Shown: piece after piece, positions 17,822 through 26,481 of the stretch
How positions within the stretch are numbered: position 1 is the first letter of the stretch
Layout of the letters: the number at the start of each line of letters is the position of its first letter
Virus record (IMG/VR): IMGVR_UViG_3300021255_004328
Source: a virus
Lineage: Duplodnaviria; Heunggongvirae; Uroviricota; Caudoviricetes
Direction: 5' to 3' (one strand)
Length of the DNA: 64,000 nt
Translations under genes and position numbers: made by a program
The notes under the pieces: model-generated
Told to the model about the DNA's origin: nothing
Database searches by the model: none
What the model saw: the letters and a program-made list of their open reading frames with translations, nothing else

Positions 17822-18238
17822 TTAACATTCACCAAGGCAGAATGACTGTTTATAATATGTACCTATAAGGCGTTTCATATTATCGTCTGTATTTTCAACA
17901 ATGTTAAACGACTCATTTGAACCGTCTCTTTCGCAGTTGTAGTGTGATCTGTCGATACATATTGCATCTTCATCAGATTTTTGATAAAGTTGACAATCAA
18001 CTGCAATTACTGCAGGCTCATTATTTGGACTGCATAAAAAAGTTTTAAGCTTTGTGCAATCAATCATCCAAAAGAAGCCATCGCCAATATCCAACCGATA
18101 TAAGCCTGTAGTACAACGGTCAGTTAATGTAGCGCTGTACTTAACCTTTTCGACTGCATCTACCATTTCTTTTTCATCAAAGCCTATGCTTTTACAAATG
18201 TTTATGCAGTGCTTTTCAAAAACTGAAAACGGTGGCAT
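17822..18238 (-). CDS. Cys-rich hypothetical protein
   Basis: ORF with 13 Cys residues. Confidence 0.5.
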   Translation of the reverse strand: MPPFSVFEKHCINICKSIGFDEKEMVDAVEKVKYSATLTDRCTTGLYRLDIGDGFFWMIDCTKLKTFLCSPNNEPAVIAVDCQLYQKSDEDAICIDRSHYNCERDGSNESFNIVENTDDNMKRLIGTYYKQSFCLGEC

Positions 18239-18567
18239 TATGATTCTTCCTTTATCGTTTCTCTATCAACATTACCGTTCACAACTTTGAAGTTGTAAAC
18301 AATCTTATCAAGAAGTTTTACTCCATTGTAAAGATTTGCAACAAACTTCCAACTATTTTCATAAGAGTTTTTACAAATCAATTCCCACCAAAAATTGTTA
18401 TGTTCATCTTGCTGCATTACATAATGTACGCTGCAGTAGTCTTCGCCGTTGTTGCCCCAAGCAAACCTGTTATGAAGCAATTCATCCGCAAGGAGCTTTC
18501 CGTTGAAATCCATCACATCCATTGCAATTGTCATAAAGTATTTTTCAGGGGCAAAAAATCCGGCCAT
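18238..18567 (-). CDS. hypothetical protein
   Basis: ORF. Confidence 0.45.
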   Translation of the reverse strand: MAGFFAPEKYFMTIAMDVMDFNGKLLADELLHNRFAWGNNGEDYCSVHYVMQQDEHNNFWWELICKNSYENSWKFVANLYNGVKLLDKIVYNFKVVNGNVDRETIKEES

Positions 18568-18568
18568 T

Positions 18569-18847
18569 TTAGTATTCCTTCAACTTTTCTTCCAAAGCTG
18601 ACTTTGCTTTCAACTCTTCAAAGTTTTCCTCAGTGATAAATACACAGTAAGAACAATGAGGAAGTGTTCCATCTTTTGAAGGGCTTGTGCAGTGACGGTT
18701 GCCGCTTGCAATCTGTTTCTGTGTTACAAAGCAGCGATGCTTTTCACAGTAGCAGGCAAGATTGCGTTTGTGACCGATCCCGTTATTCAAAGTAAGAACA
18801 TATTCAGACTTGAACTCAGGGTTGAACTTAAGATCGTTGAAATCCAT
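18569..18847 (-). CDS. Zn-ribbon-like protein with CxC...CxxC
   Basis: The segments ACYCEKHRC and HCSYC. Confidence 0.45.
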   Translation of the reverse strand: MDFNDLKFNPEFKSEYVLTLNNGIGHKRNLACYCEKHRCFVTQKQIASGNRHCTSPSKDGTLPHCSYCVFITEENFEELKAKSALEEKLKEY

Positions 18848-18849
18848 TT

Positions 18850-19320
18850 TTAGTCCTCCCTGATTACGTGGAAACCGTAAACGTATTTGATTTGGCCATC
18901 ATATCCTGAGAGGCCTACAGCGCCGTCGTAGTCGTAAACAAAGTCTGCCATTTTGTCGAAGTCAAGAGCTTCACGAGGATAGCCGTTTTCAAAGTAGCAG
19001 TAGTCGTTTTCGAGTGTATCAAGAATCTCTTCGTCAGAAAGATCTCCGAAAGTATCAGGATCTTCAATGCGGAAGTCGTTTACCCAAACTTCATCGTAGA
19101 ACTCAGAAATTCCGCCCCACTTTTTTACCCAATCAGAATTGGCTTCGTCAGATGACTCTTCGAAGATTTCTCTTGCGCGTTCTTTTGCGTCAGCTTCAAG
19201 CTCGTCATCATCACGAATTGAATAAACTTCATCGTTTACTGTAAAACGTGGTGGGTTGAACGATTCATCAAGTTCAACATTTGGTCCATATTCTTTTCTG
19301 ATAGCTTCAAGTTTATCCAT
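18850..19320 (-). CDS. strongly acidic protein; candidate DNA-mimic anti-restriction protein
   Basis: About 30% Asp/Glu. It is driven by promoter A copy 3. Confidence 0.5.
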   Translation of the reverse strand: MDKLEAIRKEYGPNVELDESFNPPRFTVNDEVYSIRDDDELEADAKERAREIFEESSDEANSDWVKKWGGISEFYDEVWVNDFRIEDPDTFGDLSDEEILDTLENDYCYFENGYPREALDFDKMADFVYDYDGAVGLSGYDGQIKYVYGFHVIRED

Positions 19321-19343
19321 TTTGTCCTCCTTTTGGAATTACA

Positions 19344-19382
19344 AATATAATATAAAGAAGCCGCACAAAAAGTTTAATTTTT
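19344..19382 (-). promoter_or_regulatory. Family-A promoter: TTAAAC, 17 bp, TATATT
   Basis: The minus-strand sequence is AAAATTAAACTTTTTGTGCGGCTTCTTTATATTATATTTGT. Confidence 0.6.
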
Positions 19383-19748
19383 TCTCTTCAAATCCCAAGT
19401 TATAGTGATATGTTCGTAATTTGGGTTGTCATAACTAGGAAAAAGGGTAGGATCGAGGTCGTACATATCCAAAATTATCGGGTTATTGTCATTATCAAAG
19501 CTGTTTTTAACAGCAAATGCGTCAGTTGCAAAGTCACCGTCATAAAGTGCCATTATAATGATCTGTTGCACAAATCGGTCGTCAGGCTTAAGAGTTGCAA
19601 CCCAATTCTTTTCATCTCCGATATTGATATGAAAATTTCCGTGATGTTCTTTTACTTGACTCCAATCTGCAGTAAAGCCTAAAAGCTTTAGCACTGGGAC
19701 AACATTACTTATGAACAAATGTTCTTTAAACTTACTCTTAACATTCAT
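19374..19748 (-). CDS. paralogue-array member A
   Basis: Carries the motifs VPVLKLLGF and ALYDGDFATDAF. Confidence 0.55.
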   Translation of the reverse strand: MNVKSKFKEHLFISNVVPVLKLLGFTADWSQVKEHHGNFHINIGDEKNWVATLKPDDRFVQQIIIMALYDGDFATDAFAVKNSFDNDNNPIILDMYDLDPTLFPSYDNPNYEHITITWDLKRKN

Positions 19749-20143
19749 TACAAATACTCCAAAGGAACTTTATCTACTAAAGTAATATTCAACTTTGGGT
19801 CAATTAAGCCATCGTAAGTTGGGAAAGTTGAAACATCAATATCATTCTTTTCATCAATAATTTTAACTTCATTATTGTCATCAAACTCATACTTTACCAA
19901 AAAAGCATCTGATGCAAAATCACCATCATACAATGTCATCATAAGAACATATCGCAAGTCATTGAGTTCTGGTGCTTGCATAAACATTGTAACCCAGTTT
20001 TGGTCTCTTCCAATATTGATTGCCCATTCGTCTTTGTAAGCTTTGACTTGATGAGGCCGTATATCAAAACCGTAAAGCTTTAACACTGGGAGAATATTAT
20101 TTACAAAAATACTATCTTCAAAAGTTTTTGGTGGCGCATTCAT
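19748..20143 (-). CDS. paralogue-array member B
   Basis: Carries ILPVLKLYGF and TLYDGDFASDAF, a clear paralogue of member A. Confidence 0.55.
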   Translation of the reverse strand: MNAPPKTFEDSIFVNNILPVLKLYGFDIRPHQVKAYKDEWAINIGRDQNWVTMFMQAPELNDLRYVLMMTLYDGDFASDAFLVKYEFDDNNEVKIIDEKNDIDVSTFPTYDGLIDPKLNITLVDKVPLEYL

Positions 20144-20517
20144 TTTATACTTACTATCTTAAGATCCTTTATTTTTAGAATTTCCGCTGTATGTGTAAGC
20201 TTGTCGATAGACAAACGAAGCTCATACCCATCGACAGGCTTATGATTATCATACACAATAACTGCAACGCCTAAAACACTTACACGAGCGCCGCCGTTAC
20301 TAATTGGATTTGCTTTTATGATCCATTTTACATTATCTTTTTTAATTATAAATTTGCCTGAAAGATATTCGTCTTTGCCATTATCATCTGCACTTCTTTC
20401 CCAATCAACATTATCTGTATTTAAACCAAGGGTCTTTAATGCAGGAGCGATACACTGATTGAAAACTTTAATATGTATCATCTTTCTAAGCTTTTCTCGT
20501 TTTTCTTCAGTTGTCAT
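20140..20517 (-). CDS. paralogue-array member C
   Basis: Carries IAPALKTLGL. Confidence 0.5.
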   Translation of the reverse strand: MTTEEKREKLRKMIHIKVFNQCIAPALKTLGLNTDNVDWERSADDNGKDEYLSGKFIIKKDNVKWIIKANPISNGGARVSVLGVAVIVYDNHKPVDGYELRLSIDKLTHTAEILKIKDLKIVSIK

Positions 20518-20941
20518 TTGCAGCTCCGAACATTATATTATTTGTATTCATAGTAGTCCAACCGTTGTAACGATTCATCATTTCGTGCAGACTGCTTGTA
20601 ACACTTTTTACAAAAACAGCTTCATCGTGTTCGTTGCAAATAAAGATGTATGAAAATGAATCCAAAGCGTGTCGTCTTCCATCAACATATTCTATCAAAA
20701 CACCTCTGAGTGTAAATGCTGCTTCTTTAGGTGGTAAATCATATCTAAGTGTTTCCATAAGAGAAGGCCTTACATTAACAACCCAACATTGTTTGCTGCC
20801 AATACAATTTATAACAAGTTTCCTGTTGTCTTCTTTCAGAGGATCTTTTACTAGGCCAACACCTTCAAGGAAATCAAATCCAATTTGATTGAGAGCTTTG
20901 AAAGTAAAATCTTTTAACTCATCTTCAGTAAGTCGCCTCAT
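20507..20941 (-). CDS. paralogue-array member D
   Basis: Carries FKALNQIGF. Confidence 0.5.
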   Translation of the reverse strand: MRRLTEDELKDFTFKALNQIGFDFLEGVGLVKDPLKEDNRKLVINCIGSKQCWVVNVRPSLMETLRYDLPPKEAAFTLRGVLIEYVDGRRHALDSFSYIFICNEHDEAVFVKSVTSSLHEMMNRYNGWTTMNTNNIMFGAANDN

Positions 20942-21246
20942 TTTTGCTCAATCCTATCAACGCCACCTTCTTTATCAACGTATATTGTGTAATAAGCTTT
21001 ATCAATACATTTTCTATTTTGCTTCAATTTTAAATCAATATTAACTTCAATAACTTCATCACCTGCGTATACAGTTGATATGTCACAAAGCCAATATGTA
21101 TTAGGCTGTTCAGTCAATAAGTGTCCTCGCACTAAGTAGTTGAATGGGTCCCACTGAAAGCTTTTATTATCAATTTTACATTCGCCCCACTCAACTGCTT
21201 CCATTGCTTGAAGCATATAGGACCAAGCATCTTTTCTATTCCACAT
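20938..21246 (-). CDS. hypothetical protein inside the paralogue array
   Basis: ORF in which the family motif is not evident. Confidence 0.45.
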   Translation of the reverse strand: MWNRKDAWSYMLQAMEAVEWGECKIDNKSFQWDPFNYLVRGHLLTEQPNTYWLCDISTVYAGDEVIEVNIDLKLKQNRKCIDKAYYTIYVDKEGGVDRIEQK

Positions 21247-21599
21247 TATTTACCTGTCGTTATATAAACTTTGTTTGCAGGGATCTCTTTTACACTTGCA
21301 AAGCGTAGGTCCTTTGTGTTTATAATATATGAAGCTCTATCAAGAATCTTGAAGTCTGCACCGTGTTGCTCTGTAAGAATACAGCACATCAAAACTTTAG
21401 GAAGGCAATCTGTTTGCACATAACAAGTCCAAGAAACCCTTGGAGTGTCTGTGTGTAATCTTAAAACAATGTCTGCACCATACCCATCACTTTTATTCAT
21501 TGAGATAATTTCAGGCTCTGTGTCTCCATAGCCGAGTTCATCAAGAGCGGGAACAATTACATCACCAAGTATCGGATTTCTTGTCTCAATCTTTTTCAT
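21246..21599 (-). CDS. paralogue-array member F
   Basis: Carries VIVPALDELGY. Confidence 0.5.
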   Translation of the reverse strand: MKKIETRNPILGDVIVPALDELGYGDTEPEIISMNKSDGYGADIVLRLHTDTPRVSWTCYVQTDCLPKVLMCCILTEQHGADFKILDRASYIINTKDLRFASVKEIPANKVYITTGK

Positions 21600-21955
21600 T
21601 TTTCCACCGACCTTACAATATTCTTTGTAGTAGCTGCTTCAATTTCATATAAGCTTTTAAGCTCATAAGTATTTATATCATAAAAGCCTACGAACCCAAG
21701 TTCATCTTTATTCTCATTACTTACTAATCTGCCCCAAAAGTAAAATCTTTGCAGGTCACGATTAGGTCCTTGAGGCTCTCCATAATTTGCCAATTCAAAT
21801 TGCCATTCAGCTTCGTGGCCTTCGTATTTAAGAAGCCCATATTCGTTTTTACCTTGAACCCATACAAGCTCATAAAGGGCATCTTTAGTGCCGAAACCAA
21901 GAGAAGAAAGAATGTCAATTCCTAATCTTTTTACCCAGTGCATTAACATATACAA
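21596..21955 (-). CDS. paralogue-array member G
   Basis: Carries IDILSSLGF. Confidence 0.5.
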   Translation of the reverse strand: MYMLMHWVKRLGIDILSSLGFGTKDALYELVWVQGKNEYGLLKYEGHEAEWQFELANYGEPQGPNRDLQRFYFWGRLVSNENKDELGFVGFYDINTYELKSLYEIEAATTKNIVRSVEK

Positions 21956-21988
21956 AAACTGTCTCCCACCGAAGCAGGAGACAGAGGA

Positions 21989-23479
21989 TTAACAACCTTT
22001 TACGATTTTGTAAATTGCCTCAGCGTCAGTCATATCCTTATCAATCTGCATCTTTAATGCAACATCTAAGATATGCTTAAACTTTGGCCCAGGCTTTCTG
22101 CCTTTGCCAATCAGGAAGTCTCCTGTAATAATTGGCTTTGGCATTGGCTTTCCAATTACTGACTGTATCATAGGCTTTTCCAGAGATTTCTCTATTCCAA
22201 CCCAAGCGTCAGTAACACTTTTGATACAAGCAGTCTCATCAGCTTTTGCTAACATAATCAGTTTATCGAAAACCGGATTTGAAGTAATCTCCCAAACTGC
22301 CTTCTTTGATTTCATATCACCTAACTGATGGGCTCGCATATGTAAACGAACCAGCTCACGAACTGTTTCGCTGTCATCGTTTGTCATACCGATACTTTTG
22401 CAAATATCGTATGCGATAGGCGCACCGTCAACATCGTGACTTGAAACCTTAGGAATTGTCTCGGTAAACTCTTTGCTTCCAATTTTGAAAGTATTTGTTT
22501 TCATTCCTAAAGTTGAATGAGCCTTACCAATGTCGTGTAAGAAAGCAGCCATCATCATAACGAAGCGAGTATGCTCATCAAAGTCTTTTGATAACTCTGC
22601 CATCTTTTTCATAACGATTAAAGTATGGTCCCAAGCAGTTCCGTGTGCCTTAGGTGTTAAGTTTGTAAAATCTACAATTTCATCACCCTTAAACTCTTTA
22701 CCGTTGTCGTCAACCCAGATTGAACCCTCAGAGTGCCACATCCAAGACTGAGCAACATTTCGCAGGTCAACCATAATTGAAGTCAGTCCTAAAGGAGTTA
22801 AAACTCTTGCTGCTAAAACAAACTCCCAAGTATCTGGGAATAAGAACTTACCTGCAAAAGTTTTTTCCAATTCCTTCAACTGTCTTTCAGCAGAAACTTC
22901 AGTAAAAGAAAAATTCCAATCGAGAACTTCTCTTTTTGTGTAAGCTGATTTGAAACCTTTTGAAGCAAGGAAACGAACAAAACGGAAAACTCTTAATGGG
23001 TCTTCATTGATGCGGTCCTGAGCATTTCCAACAAAACGTAATGTTCTGTTTTTGATGTCCTGAGCGCCGCCAACCATATCAAAGATAAAACCGTCAATAT
23101 CCTCGTAAAGGGCATTCACAGTAAAATCTCTGCGTTCAGCATCTTCCTTGATGTCACGAGTAAACTCGATTTTTGGATGTCGTCCTTTTGTAATGTCCTT
23201 GCGGAGAGTTGCAATTTCAACTTCTTCAAACTTTCCGTCAATTTCAATCAGCGGCATCGTAACACCGAACGGCTCACTGTTGCTTGAAACATTTGAAAAC
23301 TTATTGAAGATTTTGTGCAGTTCTTCAGGAGTAGCAGTTGTGCAAATATCATAATCGTGAGGCTCAACGCCCATCAAAAAGTCACGAACACAACCGCCTA
23401 CAAAGTAAGCTTTGAACCCAGCTTCGTTGATAGGATTGAGGACCTTTGCTTTATACTGATCTTTAATTGTCATAGTCAA
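21989..23479 (-). CDS. CCA-adding tRNA nucleotidyltransferase (class II pol-beta head) with a C-terminal HD domain
   Basis: GGCVRDFLMG and DYD form the head domain. RRDFTVNAL is present. The HD motif is FLHDIGKAHS. Confidence 0.75.
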   Translation of the reverse strand: MTMTIKDQYKAKVLNPINEAGFKAYFVGGCVRDFLMGVEPHDYDICTTATPEELHKIFNKFSNVSSNSEPFGVTMPLIEIDGKFEEVEIATLRKDITKGRHPKIEFTRDIKEDAERRDFTVNALYEDIDGFIFDMVGGAQDIKNRTLRFVGNAQDRINEDPLRVFRFVRFLASKGFKSAYTKREVLDWNFSFTEVSAERQLKELEKTFAGKFLFPDTWEFVLAARVLTPLGLTSIMVDLRNVAQSWMWHSEGSIWVDDNGKEFKGDEIVDFTNLTPKAHGTAWDHTLIVMKKMAELSKDFDEHTRFVMMMAAFLHDIGKAHSTLGMKTNTFKIGSKEFTETIPKVSSHDVDGAPIAYDICKSIGMTNDDSETVRELVRLHMRAHQLGDMKSKKAVWEITSNPVFDKLIMLAKADETACIKSVTDAWVGIEKSLEKPMIQSVIGKPMPKPIITGDFLIGKGRKPGPKFKHILDVALKMQIDKDMTDAEAIYKIVKGC

Positions 23480-23488
23480 TCCTCCTTA

Positions 23489-23529
23489 CAATAATAATAT
23501 AAAGAGGTATGGAAGAAAGTTTAATTTTT
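23489..23529 (-). promoter_or_regulatory. Family-A promoter
   Basis: The minus-strand sequence is AAAATTAAACTTTCTTCCATACCTCTTTATATTATTATTGT. Confidence 0.6.
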
Positions 23530-24012
23530 GTTGAAAAAGCGGCCGAAGCCTGTTGAAAAGTCTACTTTTTTATTTTTATCAGTTTCTTCTTTTTCAATTC
23601 GTTTTTCTGCAGCAACGCAAGCATCATCGTAATTATAATTATCAGAAAACTCGTAACATTCTTTGTAAAGTGCATTACCTTGATGAAGATTTATTGCAGG
23701 AACCCCAAGAGGCTCAAGACGACTTCTCGCAATCTCAAGGATTTCTGGGTCGAGTTCAATCCCATAAACTTCTTTAGGATCTTCTCCCGCCATAATCGCT
23801 GCTGCAAGAAGATTACCTGCCCCGCAAGTTGGGTCAAGAATGGAGCCTTCAAGATCTTCAAACTTTTCAAGCATTTTGATAGATAATTCAGCTGGTGTAA
23901 AAAACTGCCCGAAGTCTTGACGCTCTGCCAATGTTTTGTTGGCATACATCTTATCTTTCCACTGATTATATTCGTTGATAATTGCTTCTTTCTGATTGTC
24001 GTTTAACTGCAT
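23521..24012 (-). CDS. N6-adenine (or N4-cytosine) DNA methyltransferase, AdoMet-binding half with motifs X and I
   Basis: FGQFFTPAEL is motif X. DPTCGAGNLL is motif I (FxGxG). There is no NPPY in this ORF. Confidence 0.6.
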   Translation of the reverse strand: MQLNDNQKEAIINEYNQWKDKMYANKTLAERQDFGQFFTPAELSIKMLEKFEDLEGSILDPTCGAGNLLAAAIMAGEDPKEVYGIELDPEILEIARSRLEPLGVPAINLHQGNALYKECYEFSDNYNYDDACVAAEKRIEKEETDKNKKVDFSTGFGRFFNKN

Positions 24013-24026
24013 AAAAATATATTAAC

Positions 24027-24293
24027 TTATGGCACAAAGATTTTCAAATTGTCATCTATTCTGAAGTTTGAGTCTACTATTATGAAACATTGTCTTGTCG
24101 GCATTATACAGTTGCAGGCTACTTCTCTACCTTCAATACTTGTGATCTTACGAGTAACTTTATTAGTGCTATTACAAAACTGAAATATCAAGTCGTCCTT
24201 TTCCAACTTTGTTATATAGCCTTCGTTATATAGCTTTTCAAGAAAAGCAGAAATTTTATCTATCACTTTTATACTCAACAATAAAGTTGTCAC
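24027..24293 (-). CDS. hypothetical protein, 88 aa
   Basis: ORF lying between the two methyltransferase halves. Confidence 0.4.
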   Translation of the reverse strand: MTTLLLSIKVIDKISAFLEKLYNEGYITKLEKDDLIFQFCNSTNKVTRKITSIEGREVACNCIMPTRQCFIIVDSNFRIDDNLKIFVP

Positions 24294-24645
24294 CTTTGTG
24301 TTTGTTTATCCAATCTGCAACAAGATGTCTGTGACAAAAGTCAGCAGGCTTTTCGTAACATAAAAGAATTACTTTGTCAAGCTCTACGCCTGATAAGTTC
24401 GCAAGATCTGTCAAAACACTTTCAACTGTAAGAGGAGCCAACACCTGTGCATCAAACTGACTGATATAATATTCGTTGTCTCCTTTATGTGAACCATACT
24501 TCCATTCACTGAAGAAAGACCACTTTGGAGCAAGTTTCTTATATTCCAAGCCGTCATACCAATCGGGTGCTTTACCTGAGATGGAGATTGGAGTAAGTCC
24601 TGCTTGTTGATAGTCGCGTAACTTTGCAAAGTAACCTGTGAACAT
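24256..24645 (-). CDS. DUF488-like protein
   Basis: VILLCYEKPADFCHRHLVADWI resembles the DUF488 LLC..CHR core. Confidence 0.35.
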   Translation of the reverse strand: MFTGYFAKLRDYQQAGLTPISISGKAPDWYDGLEYKKLAPKWSFFSEWKYGSHKGDNEYYISQFDAQVLAPLTVESVLTDLANLSGVELDKVILLCYEKPADFCHRHLVADWINKHKGDNFIVEYKSDR

Positions 24646-25361
24646 TATCCTACCTCCTGCTCTATTTCTTTTATTTCCTCAGGTGTCAATCCGAAGTATT
24701 CATACAACTTTTTATCCGTCCACTGATGTGTGCAAGGCACTACAGGGACAAACTGCCACGGCACCCTCTGATTTACTCTTACCTCTTTTGCAAAAGCATT
24801 CATAAGTTTTGAACTCAAATAAGAAAACATTGCTTGTCGTTCTTGTTCTGTATCAAAGAACAAAACTTTATTTGTGTTAGTGTAACGGGCTTCACAAAAG
24901 AGCTTATAGTCGTTTTTGATAAAATGTTCTATGTCACCATAATGAGAGTTGATAATGCCAAATATGCCTTTATATTCACCTCTCCAACCCTCTTCTGTTG
25001 CAATATCCATTATAGACTTGTCGGCTGCTTTCTGAAGTATTTTATCAACAAAAGACTTTCTCTTATTTATATCGTCTCTCCAACCACCGTTCTCTGTGAT
25101 ATGATAAATACCTAAGTCACATCGAAAATTTATGCCGAAAACTTTATCTGCTTCAGCAGCGCTTACGACTTCAAGACTTTCGATATGGCTTCTTATATTA
25201 GCAAACTTCTCCCAGTCACTGTTCTTTTTGTATTCAGCCAGAGGATCCTGCAGCCATCTGATAGGAGATATATTCACAACATCATCACTGTGCTTCATTG
25301 CCTCTTGAAGGATCTTTAGGTGGAGATTACCATTATAAGGAGGATTCATTATAATATGCAC
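24645..25361 (-). CDS. DNA methyltransferase catalytic half (motif IV NPPY at the N-terminus) plus target-recognition region
   Basis: The N-terminus is MHIIMNPPYNG. It has a GTG start with AGGAG 8 nt upstream. A TGA stop sits 2 codons upstream of the GTG. Confidence 0.6.
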   Translation of the reverse strand: MHIIMNPPYNGNLHLKILQEAMKHSDDVVNISPIRWLQDPLAEYKKNSDWEKFANIRSHIESLEVVSAAEADKVFGINFRCDLGIYHITENGGWRDDINKRKSFVDKILQKAADKSIMDIATEEGWRGEYKGIFGIINSHYGDIEHFIKNDYKLFCEARYTNTNKVLFFDTEQERQAMFSYLSSKLMNAFAKEVRVNQRVPWQFVPVVPCTHQWTDKKLYEYFGLTPEEIKEIEQEVG

Positions 25362-25454
25362 TTCTCAATCTCCTGCTTCTCTTCATCAACTTGAAATACT
25401 TCTTAAAAATTTTCAGGTTTAAAAATGTTCACCACTGATTATAAATTAACAGAA

Positions 25455-26474
25455 CTAATAAATTTTCTTATTATTGTACCAAACTTGATGTCGGCCGTTA
25501 TTTTTTGCTTTGTAAAGATTTTTGTCTGCTAAGCTTATAAGGTCATTTGACTCTTCTGAAAAAGCCGCGCCAATTGAAACACTCAACTTTTCGCCTTGTC
25601 TTAAGCAGAAAGTAAGCTCAAGGTCTTCCCAAATCATATCAAGTCGTCCAAGGAAGTCGTCTTCTTCGCTGCGGCAAAGTATCAAAAACTCTTCTCCGCC
25701 AAAACGATACACACGAAAGTCGTCTGTTACATATCTTAATAATGATTGACTTAACTGCTGCAAAGCTCTATCGCCTGCTTTATGTCCATAAGTATCATTG
25801 ACTTTTTTGAACCAGTCAATGTCAATCATAGCAGCATACTTATAAAGTTTAGTGTCAAGGTCCTGCTGCATTTTATATCTGTTGTAAACTGTTGTAAGTT
25901 GGTCGTGTTCTGCTTCTTTGTTTAATCTTCTGTTTGCTTCACTAAAAGCTTTAAGCGTAAGAGAAACAACGACTGCTGAGAACAAATATGTTGATATAAT
26001 TGCACCAAGATACTTTTGATAATCAAAATCTGTGTTAATCTTTAACACAACTGTGTTAAATGTATTTTTTAGTATTATTGCAGACACATACTCTAATAAA
26101 ACTACTATGCCTAAAATAACAGAATTTTTCCAATTACTTATTGATAGTAAGCCTATCGCAGTTCCCATCATAGGAAGATAAAACATAAAGATGCTATTTC
26201 GATTTGTCAAAAAAATAATTGGGAAGTATATCGCTGCAGTTACAACAACGATAGCATTTATAAACTTTGTATAAGCTTTTCTCTTAAAGAAAAAACACGC
26301 AAAGATAATAATACTGAAGAGGCTGAATGAAGTGGCAATAATACTGATTATATTATCTAAAAGCAAACCTTCACTATAACAAATGAGTATTTGAAAAATA
26401 AGTCCTATGGTATTAGCCAAGATACCTGCCCCACAAGTGGAAAATGCGAGGTACTTGTTCAACTTCTCTGTCAT
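25455..26474 (-). CDS. membrane-anchored GGDEF diguanylate cyclase with 5-6 N-terminal TM helices
   Basis: DQLTTVYNRYK, DIDWFKKVND, RFGGEEF, SVSIGAA and ADKNLYKAKNNGRH. The full set of DGC catalytic motifs is present. Confidence 0.8.
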   Translation of the reverse strand: MTEKLNKYLAFSTCGAGILANTIGLIFQILICYSEGLLLDNIISIIATSFSLFSIIIFACFFFKRKAYTKFINAIVVVTAAIYFPIIFLTNRNSIFMFYLPMMGTAIGLLSISNWKNSVILGIVVLLEYVSAIILKNTFNTVVLKINTDFDYQKYLGAIISTYLFSAVVVSLTLKAFSEANRRLNKEAEHDQLTTVYNRYKMQQDLDTKLYKYAAMIDIDWFKKVNDTYGHKAGDRALQQLSQSLLRYVTDDFRVYRFGGEEFLILCRSEEDDFLGRLDMIWEDLELTFCLRQGEKLSVSIGAAFSEESNDLISLADKNLYKAKNNGRHQVWYNNKKIY

Positions 26475-26481
26475 TTTCTAT

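Noticed and set aside
21989-23479. The HD-domain protein as DatZ (dATPase of Z-genome clusters)
   Set aside because: The N-terminal pol-beta nucleotidyltransferase head (GGxVRD/DxD, RRDFTxNA) identifies it as a CCA-adding enzyme, and the HD domain is its usual C-terminal module.
24645-25361. N-terminal extension of the NPPY methyltransferase half by frameshift
   Set aside because: An in-frame TGA lies 2 codons upstream of the GTG start, and no upstream ORF in another frame carries methyltransferase motifs.
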